Below are positions 47,259 to 54,107 of a DNA stretch of 64,000 nt, piece after piece. This stretch comes from Betaproteobacteria bacterium (lineage in GTDB: Bacteria; Pseudomonadota; Gammaproteobacteria; Burkholderiales; Burkholderiaceae_D). Location: assembly GCA_025356395.1 (NCBI GenBank), contig JANXTA010000084.1, positions 14,659 to 78,658 on the forward strand, in the 5' to 3' direction. How positions within the stretch are numbered: the first letter of the stretch is position 1; each line of letters starts with the position of its first letter. Made by a program: the position numbers and the translations under genes. The notes beneath the pieces were generated by a model. That model was not told the origin of the DNA. It did no database searches and was given only the letters and a program-made list of their open reading frames with translations.

Positions 47259-49505
47259 TCAGCGAGGCGTCACAATCAACCGGATGCCGTTCCAGTCTCG
47301 AGGCCCTCGGTCGGCCTGCAACGGCACCTCGTTTGAGCGGAGAATCCCGATCGCCAGCCGGCCGTCCGCGTTTGCGGACGGACTACGCACCTTGCAAGTG
47401 AGCAATAGGATGCGGTCGCCCTCGGCAGATTGGACGCGGTTGTACTGCAGGGGCACGTACTGGTCGGCAACCACCCGTCCGCTCGCGTCGATCGAGTGGA
47501 CGAATAGCACCCAGTCCTGTTCGGTCATCGTCGCCAATGGCTGCCACCACACACGAAGCGTCGTCTCGCCACCGACACGGACTGCATCGACGGCGCGCAC
47601 TAGGAAGCGGTCTCCGAAGCGCACTTCGTGCAACTGTGGATCCGAACCTACGACCGCGGCGGCGAGCATGTCGTTCGTGAGCCGGTTGGGCAAATTAGCC
47701 GCGACGAACACGGGCCGCCAGCGATGTGCCGCATACAGCTTGCCGAACGCGCGCTCGAGCGCGGCGTGGTCGGTCACGCGTAGGATGCGCGCCGCCGGGC
47801 TCTCGCTTACGATTTCGACGCCATCATCGGCCGTGAGCCGCGCGGCCCATGCGAGGATCAACGCGCGCTCCTCGTCGATATTTTCGATGCTCGCCTTATC
47901 AAGTACCTGCCTCGCGATCGCCGGCTTGACCGGCACAATCACCCAAAAATCGGAATCCGCCATTTCCTGGAAGCGATATGCAGTCGGCCGTACGTTGTCG
48001 CCTGGTACCCGAAGCGATATGCGAATGCCGCGCGGCTGCACATGGCGGGAATAATCGACGACGGCCTGGAAGCTCGCCTGAACCGAATCCAACGAAGCGA
48101 GGTAGACGGTCGCGTCGTGTCCCTCGACAACGACTTGGTCGACGAACGCATTCACCTGCGTATTCACGCTGCCGGCTTCGCCGACGGCGATATGGACACC
48201 GCTAGCCATTTGCCACCGCAGAGAGGCGTGCGGGACTGCGAGGATCAATATCAGATTGACGCCCGGCAACAGCAGCAGGACGAACAGTCCGTTCCACACG
48301 ATGGCCGGCGCATGGACAAGCGACCGCTGTAGCGCGGGCAACGCGATGATCGCGCCCATCAGTGCGAACGGAACAAAGTAGCGGATCTGTGTAACCCCAC
48401 CGGATCCGTACAACCAGAACCACATGCCGAAGGCGATCACGGCGAGCGCGGCCGCACCTAGCCAAGCTCCCTCGCGGCCGCCGCAGGCAGCTTCGGCATC
48501 GGGAATGGCTCGTCGCACGTACACGACGATCAAGAATGCCGTGGCAACCATCCACGCGACGAACGGAAAACCGACGCCGATGTTGACTATCGTCAAGAAG
48601 ACGGGCCACGTGAGGATTTCCTCGCTGCGCATCAGTAGGATCGCCCCGGCACCGAAGTCGAAGTTCTCCGCCGACAGATAGCGCGAGCGGAGTGCCACAA
48701 CGAGGATGCCAACCGCTGCCACAGCGTAGACGGCTGCGCCGATCGCAACGAACCGAAGCGCATCGCGACGCTTGGCTGGATTCTTCCAGTCAACGCGCCC
48801 ACGCAGTGCAGATATCGCGAACCAGACTAAGCCGACCACTGCCATCACAACGAAGCCGGAAGGCTTGATCGTCGCTGCGACTACGCAGAGCACGGCTGCG
48901 GTCACCACCCAGCCGATCGACCGGCTCGCCGTGCTTCGCAACGCAGCAGCGATCGCAAGCGCCGAGATGCCGCCGAGAAAGTTGTCGACTAGGCCCCAGT
49001 GAGAGATCGACGGGATGTCCGGTGCCACCTCGAAAAAGTAGAAAGCGGGCATCGTCGACAAGAACATGGCCACCGCGGCGACGAAGCGCTGCGCGCGCGG
49101 TTCCGCGCTCGATCGGTAGGCGACGACCAGCACCGAGAAGCACACGAGCATCGCAGGCAACCAGACGGACCGCAGGTAGAAGCCGCGATAGTCGAGATCA
49201 AATCCGAATGGATACGACATCAAGACCGTACCGGGTGGCCGAAAAGTCGGGGCCACGTCGAACGGATTGAATGCTTTTTGCGTGGCGAGCTCCTGCCAAA
49301 TGTTCTGCGCCTTCTGGAAGTAGGTAGCCGCATCGTAGATCGGCGGTTGGTCGCTTCGCCGTGCGTGCTGCCACACGAGCTCACCGAGAAGAGCGAGCCA
49401 TAACGCGACGACAAGGAGCACGTAGCGGGAAGTTACGGACCGAAGGAAAATCACAGCGGACGATGCATGAAGTTCAAGGCAATGGGACGAGCACGCGTCG
49501 GCCAC
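47259..49505 (-). CDS. GT-C-like polytopic membrane protein with large C-terminal periplasmic domain, paralog 2
   Basis: Motifs PPIYDAATYF, FRPPGTVLMSYPFGF, GLVDNF, IKPSG, GGVTQIRYFVPF. C-terminal ADRGPRDWNGIRLIV. Confidence 0.6.
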   Translation of the reverse strand: MADACSSHCLELHASSAVIFLRSVTSRYVLLVVALWLALLGELVWQHARRSDQPPIYDAATYFQKAQNIWQELATQKAFNPFDVAPTFRPPGTVLMSYPFGFDLDYRGFYLRSVWLPAMLVCFSVLVVAYRSSAEPRAQRFVAAVAMFLSTMPAFYFFEVAPDIPSISHWGLVDNFLGGISALAIAAALRSTASRSIGWVVTAAVLCVVAATIKPSGFVVMAVVGLVWFAISALRGRVDWKNPAKRRDALRFVAIGAAVYAVAAVGILVVALRSRYLSAENFDFGAGAILLMRSEEILTWPVFLTIVNIGVGFPFVAWMVATAFLIVVYVRRAIPDAEAACGGREGAWLGAAALAVIAFGMWFWLYGSGGVTQIRYFVPFALMGAIIALPALQRSLVHAPAIVWNGLFVLLLLPGVNLILILAVPHASLRWQMASGVHIAVGEAGSVNTQVNAFVDQVVVEGHDATVYLASLDSVQASFQAVVDYSRHVQPRGIRISLRVPGDNVRPTAYRFQEMADSDFWVIVPVKPAIARQVLDKASIENIDEERALILAWAARLTADDGVEIVSESPAARILRVTDHAALERAFGKLYAAHRWRPVFVAANLPNRLTNDMLAAAVVGSDPQLHEVRFGDRFLVRAVDAVRVGGETTLRVWWQPLATMTEQDWVLFVHSIDASGRVVADQYVPLQYNRVQSAEGDRILLLTCKVRSPSANADGRLAIGILRSNEVPLQADRGPRDWNGIRLIVTPR

Positions 49506-51768
49506 CCCAGTCGAGCCGCCCCCGATCGGCTACGAGCAATCCGTTGGCGGCCGCAGCAGGTTGATAGATACCAAAGGCGATCGCAGTCGCCTTCGAAAGC
49601 GTCGCTCGAGTGTCGAAGGTCACGGTGTCGTAGTGCCAAGTCCGATCGGACGAGGGCGGAGTCTGCACGTGGAGTTGAATCTGGAGGTTCTTCAGCAACG
49701 CACCCGAGTCGTCGACGAGGTGCAGGAAGAGGTAGCGAGTTGCCGCGTTGTCGGTTGTCTGCAACGGCTCCCACCACGCTTCCACCTTGAGGCCTTCGCT
49801 CGTGCTTGTCAGTGCCATCGCATGCACGACGAACGCGTCACCAAATCGAATGTTGCTCGTGCGCACTTGTGGCAACTTGGCGGCCAGGTCTTCCGCGTTC
49901 CACCATCGTTGCGCGGTGGGCAGGTTTGCGGCGTGGAACTCCGGACGCCACTCGTGCTCCGCGACGAACGCGTTTACCGCGTGCGCGAACACCGTCTCGT
50001 CGACGATCTCGAGCAGCCGCAGGTGCTGGCCATGAAGCAAGACCTTGAACCCCGCGCGCTCGTCCAGTTGCGAAAGGCGAGCATCGAATGCTGCCAGTTC
50101 GGCCTGAAAGGTCTGAAGGGAGTGAGGCGATGTGAGGTCCACGGCCGCATCAACATCGTAATTCCGATGCAACACGTAACGGCTGCCGGCGAGCTCCGCG
50201 GTCCGTATTGCGAACCCTCGGTTCCAGTCCATCGGATCGCGTGGCGAAAAGCTCGGCAGCTCCGGGTGCAGGATCTTCTCGTACACCCCGACGTTGACGA
50301 AGAAGTGCGACGGCGCTCCGTACGAAAAGAAGTAGACCTCCTGGTCGGCCCCGCCACGACGAACTCTGTCAAGGAAGCGATAGCCCTGATCCACGTCGTC
50401 ACGACCATGCCCTACGGAGACGCTGACGCCGGTGTAGTACTGCCAATTATCGGACGGCCTGTCGCCCGACGCGAGCAGGGCGGCGATGTTCACGGCGGGT
50501 GCGACGGCCGCCGTCATGGCGACCCAGCGCAACATGCGCGGCGCGCACGACCATACGGCGACTGCGAGCGGCACCGTCAGGATCAATCCCATCAGCACGA
50601 ACGGATGGAAATAGCGAATCTGGATTCCGCCGCCTTGCGGAACGAACCAGTACCAAAGGCCGAGGATCCACACCACAACGCTGCCAATCGCAAGGCCCAA
50701 GGCCCAATGCTCGGTGCGGCGGATCGTTGGCGAGCAGGCCGCGACCACGAATGTCGTGGCGATCCACAGCGGCATGACTTCGCCCAGGCTCAGATGAAAC
50801 ACGAGCACCGATGGCCCGGCCGTGACGCTCTTGTAGAAGCCCAGCGCACGGATCGCCCAATTGAAATTGTCCGACGAGAGATAGTTGGAGAACCAAGCAG
50901 CCGCAACGAACCCGACGAACACCACGACGATGATCGCCGCACTACCCGCCGCATAGAGAACGAGGGCGCACAGCGGCTTGTGCGCGACGCGAACGCGCCG
51001 TATTTCGACGAGAACAAGACTCAGCGAGATCAAGCACATGAGCCCCATCAACATCAGGCCTGACTGCTTGATCGTGAACGTGAGTCCGAAGAGAAGTGCG
51101 CTCGCCAACTGCCAAGCAAGCGATCGGTCGACAAGCGTTCGTACCATCGCCGACGCAGCGAGCGCTGCGATGCCGGCCTGGAAGTTGTCGACCATCCCGA
51201 AGCCATTGTTGATCCAGCGCTGATCGTTCCAGTCGAACCAGTAAAACAGCGGCAACGTGGAGTACAGAACAGCGATCGAGAAAACCCACCACGGCGCGCG
51301 TCCAACGGCTACGCGACCCGCCGCGATATAGACAGCAACAACGGTACAGAGAATAGGTAGAAATACAGAACGGAAATAGAACCCGTGGAAGTTCTCGGTT
51401 ATTCCGAAAGGATAAGACATCAGGACAGTACCCGGCGGCCGGATCGTGGGTTCCAGATCGAATGGATTGAACCAGTGACCGTCGTGCACCGCGTTCCAGA
51501 ACGCTACGGCCTTTTGCAGGTAGGTAATGGCATCCCCCCAAGGTGTCTGCACGCTGTGCGAAGCGTGGGTCCAGATCTCGAAACCAAGATAGGACAACCA
51601 AGCAACGATGGCGAGCGCCGGCATCCAGGCATAGCGCGTCACGCGCGAGGACGCGCCGAACGGGTGGTCAAGCGTCGAAAGTTGTGAATGGCTCACGGCG
51701 GCTTCATGGGACGCGTGGACGACCCGGAAGAGACGAAGGTTTGGCGTTGCGAGGCGCGCGAAAGACAA
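49474..51768 (-). CDS. GT-C-like polytopic membrane protein with large C-terminal periplasmic domain, paralog 3
   Basis: Motifs TPWGDAITYL, IRPPGTVLMSYPFGI, GMVDNF, IKQSG, GGIQIRYFHPF. C-terminal ADRGRLDWGGRRVLV. First gene of the minus-strand operon. Confidence 0.6.
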   Translation of the reverse strand: MSFARLATPNLRLFRVVHASHEAAVSHSQLSTLDHPFGASSRVTRYAWMPALAIVAWLSYLGFEIWTHASHSVQTPWGDAITYLQKAVAFWNAVHDGHWFNPFDLEPTIRPPGTVLMSYPFGITENFHGFYFRSVFLPILCTVVAVYIAAGRVAVGRAPWWVFSIAVLYSTLPLFYWFDWNDQRWINNGFGMVDNFQAGIAALAASAMVRTLVDRSLAWQLASALLFGLTFTIKQSGLMLMGLMCLISLSLVLVEIRRVRVAHKPLCALVLYAAGSAAIIVVVFVGFVAAAWFSNYLSSDNFNWAIRALGFYKSVTAGPSVLVFHLSLGEVMPLWIATTFVVAACSPTIRRTEHWALGLAIGSVVVWILGLWYWFVPQGGGIQIRYFHPFVLMGLILTVPLAVAVWSCAPRMLRWVAMTAAVAPAVNIAALLASGDRPSDNWQYYTGVSVSVGHGRDDVDQGYRFLDRVRRGGADQEVYFFSYGAPSHFFVNVGVYEKILHPELPSFSPRDPMDWNRGFAIRTAELAGSRYVLHRNYDVDAAVDLTSPHSLQTFQAELAAFDARLSQLDERAGFKVLLHGQHLRLLEIVDETVFAHAVNAFVAEHEWRPEFHAANLPTAQRWWNAEDLAAKLPQVRTSNIRFGDAFVVHAMALTSTSEGLKVEAWWEPLQTTDNAATRYLFLHLVDDSGALLKNLQIQLHVQTPPSSDRTWHYDTVTFDTRATLSKATAIAFGIYQPAAAANGLLVADRGRLDWGGRRVLVPLP

Positions 51769-51920
51769 GGCTGCGCACGCGCAATAAACTCTGGTTGATA
51801 CATGCGCGTTGACGAGCGATAGCGACGGGCAATCGCCACAGAACCACGCATCTGCAGTACCAATTCAGCGCGCTTCAATCGCAGGTTGAATGGCTAGGCG
51901 TGATGAAACATGCGTTGAGG

Positions 51921-51950
51921 CGAAAAAAAAGGCGGCCGAGGCCGCCTTTT
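51921..51950 (-). terminator. Strong rho-independent terminator after the 503-aa secreted-protein gene
   Basis: The minus strand reads AAAA GGCGGC CTCG GCCGCC TTTTTTTT, about 43 nt past the stop at 51994. A-tract and T-tract flanks make it potentially bidirectional. Confidence 0.75.
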
Positions 51951-51993
51951 CAAGATTTGACTCTTTACACCTCCAACCAATCGAAACAACCGA

Positions 51994-53505
51994 TCAGGGG
52001 GGGTTGTTGCCGGTGTTGAACGTGTCCAGCGTCGTCAGCGTACCGCCGGGATTGGTCAGCAACGTCTGGACATAGATCGTCGTCGTGGCCGTGAAGCGCA
52101 GACGCGGACGGGTCGAGGCGGGAACTGCACCAACTGCGGCTTCGATATCCGAAGACGAGAAGATGTGAGCACCACCCGCAGGAATCGTGAAATTCAACGG
52201 TCCCGGAGTTCCCGGCACGCCGTTTTCCTGGATTACCTGAACGCTAGGCGTTGCTGCCAGCGAACCGGTGTTGACCACGCGGAAGTAAGACACATAGCCG
52301 CCACCAGTGGCTGCCGGCACGTACGTCGGAATTCCGACGATGCCGCCATTCGGTCCGAGCGGGTACAGCGAAGTCGACGCCGGTGCGCTGGTCGAGGAAC
52401 CACCCACACCGGAGAACGTTACCGAAGACACGACCGGCGTCGTCGAAGCGATCTGCGTGTTGGCGTCGGTGTTGGCGATGAAGTAATACTGAGTGCCCGC
52501 CGTCGTCGATGTACCGCCGTCGATCGAGCCTGCGACCGGGGCAGTCACGAGCGGAATATTCGTGAACGTGATGGACGAGGCCGAAATCGACGTTGCCGGG
52601 GTTGCGCCGGCGATTGCGCTCGGGGACGTCGAAAGCTGGAAGGACGGCGTGCCGGCGGTGGTCGTCGTGGCGAACGACGGGAAAGAACCGGCCACCGTGA
52701 ACGACACCTTGGTTGCGATGTCGGTCGCGTTGGCGACCGCAGTACCGTCCGCCTTAAATAGGTTTGGAGCCAGCGTCACCTTCAGACTACCGAAGTCGAT
52801 CAGGGTTTGCGAACTGGTCAGGGAAGCGGCAGTCAGCAAAGCGCCGTTCTTCGAACCAGCGCCGATCACGTCGATCTTCTGCGTTTCAGTACCAACACCA
52901 GTCGGGCCGAACGGCAAGCCGGAATTCGACGCCACGACCGTAACCGTGAACGGATTCACCGAAATGGCGACCGGGCCATTGCTACCAGCGTCCGCATCCG
53001 AAGCCTGAAAAGTCGTCGATGGATTGTTACCGAGGCTGACCGTTGCGGTGATCTGCTGTCCCGGCGTTCCGAGCGCACCAGTGCTGCCCGCGATGACCGC
53101 GGAAGCTTCCGGCACATAGGTGATCGTCGAGTTGATCGGCGCCGCGGCCGACGTCGTCGTGATCGGCACGTAGAAGAACGTGTTGTCGGCACTGATCACC
53201 GGGGTACCGAAGGACAGACCCGTGACGGCTCCACCTGCAGGCTGCGAGAGCGTAAAGTCACTCGTTGCCAGCTTCGCCGGATCGAACTTCGAAGCGTTGT
53301 CGAGCCTGACATACAGATACCGCGTGAGGCCCGGAGCCAACGGCGCAGAAATTGCGTAGGAAACCGGTGCCACCGTGAGTGCGGGAGTACCGAAAATCGA
53401 CGCCGGGAAAGAACGCGGAGTCACCGAAATGGTACCCGCCATACTGGGTGCCGCGACGGCGCCGAAGGCCAGTGCGACAGCTACGTTCAGTGCTTTTTGT
53501 TTCAT
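51994..53505 (-). CDS. Secreted Thr/Ser/Ala/Gly/Pro-rich protein of unknown family (S-layer-like or surface structural protein candidate)
   Basis: Signal peptide MKQKALNVAVALAFGAVAAPSMA|GT. The mature part has no Cys or Trp, a single His and few charged residues, with long runs such as TTTSAAAP, FATTTTAGTPSF and GGSSTSAPASTS. AGGA lies upstream of the ATG, and the gene has its own terminator. Confidence 0.75.
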   Translation of the reverse strand: MKQKALNVAVALAFGAVAAPSMAGTISVTPRSFPASIFGTPALTVAPVSYAISAPLAPGLTRYLYVRLDNASKFDPAKLATSDFTLSQPAGGAVTGLSFGTPVISADNTFFYVPITTTSAAAPINSTITYVPEASAVIAGSTGALGTPGQQITATVSLGNNPSTTFQASDADAGSNGPVAISVNPFTVTVVASNSGLPFGPTGVGTETQKIDVIGAGSKNGALLTAASLTSSQTLIDFGSLKVTLAPNLFKADGTAVANATDIATKVSFTVAGSFPSFATTTTAGTPSFQLSTSPSAIAGATPATSISASSITFTNIPLVTAPVAGSIDGGTSTTAGTQYYFIANTDANTQIASTTPVVSSVTFSGVGGSSTSAPASTSLYPLGPNGGIVGIPTYVPAATGGGYVSYFRVVNTGSLAATPSVQVIQENGVPGTPGPLNFTIPAGGAHIFSSSDIEAAVGAVPASTRPRLRFTATTTIYVQTLLTNPGGTLTTLDTFNTGNNPP

Positions 53506-54107
53506 GAGTGGGTCCTAATGGGTGTAAACGGATTTCACGCGAGGTCGCGCAGATTGGAAAAAAACCATACGAGCCGCCAAAACATCTCGGCTCTCAGGGC
53601 GTTGGCCCCGCGCACCGCCTCATAAGATTAGTCGTGCTTCTCAGGAAACGGTTTGAAGGATTATGGCCGCGAATCCCAAGCTTCCTCTTAATTTCGCTCA
53701 GTGCGCCGCGAATTGTGGTGCAAACGTTGCCGGTCCGCAACAGATATTTCGACACCGTTTTCAGCTACTCCACCGCCCCTGACGTCGGGCACCTAGCGCC
53801 ACTATCCATACAGTAGAGGTACATCATTGCGGCATGGATTCCGCGACGTCGGAGGTAGCAGCTGACGATGCGAGCCGCCCCAACGTGAGTCGTATAGAGG
53901 GCAGAAGTACTTTTGCGACGGCGGTCGAAGACCGCCGAAGCCCCGCTGATCGCGAAAGGATGATTCCTCTTTCCCGCCGGGTGCATACGCGCCCTATCTC
54001 ATCCAGGCGTTTATCGCGACTAGGAATGGCCTAGATCAAACTTCTATGCAACGGCACGGATCGCACGTCGCAGACGACGTTCGGAGCAATGAAGTTAAAA
54101 TCAGGCG

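Noticed and set aside
49561-51063. 500-aa plus-strand ORF antisense to GT-C paralog 3
   Set aside because: It is a highly charged Arg/Asp/His-rich translation without motifs. The minus-strand frame is supported by paralogy with two neighbouring genes.
53920-53936. Perfect 7-bp hairpin GGCGGTC-GAA-GACCGCC in the long intergenic region
   Set aside because: There is no U-tract on either strand, so I did not call it a terminator. It may be part of a leader structure, but one short hairpin is not evidence for an RNA gene.
53508-54034. Small ORFs in the cargo/T2SS intergenic region (53508..53816 +, 53765..53986 -, 53834..54034 +)
   Set aside because: They have no Shine-Dalgarno, overlap one another and translate to unremarkable sequences. 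I treat them as non-coding control region pending transcript or conservation data.
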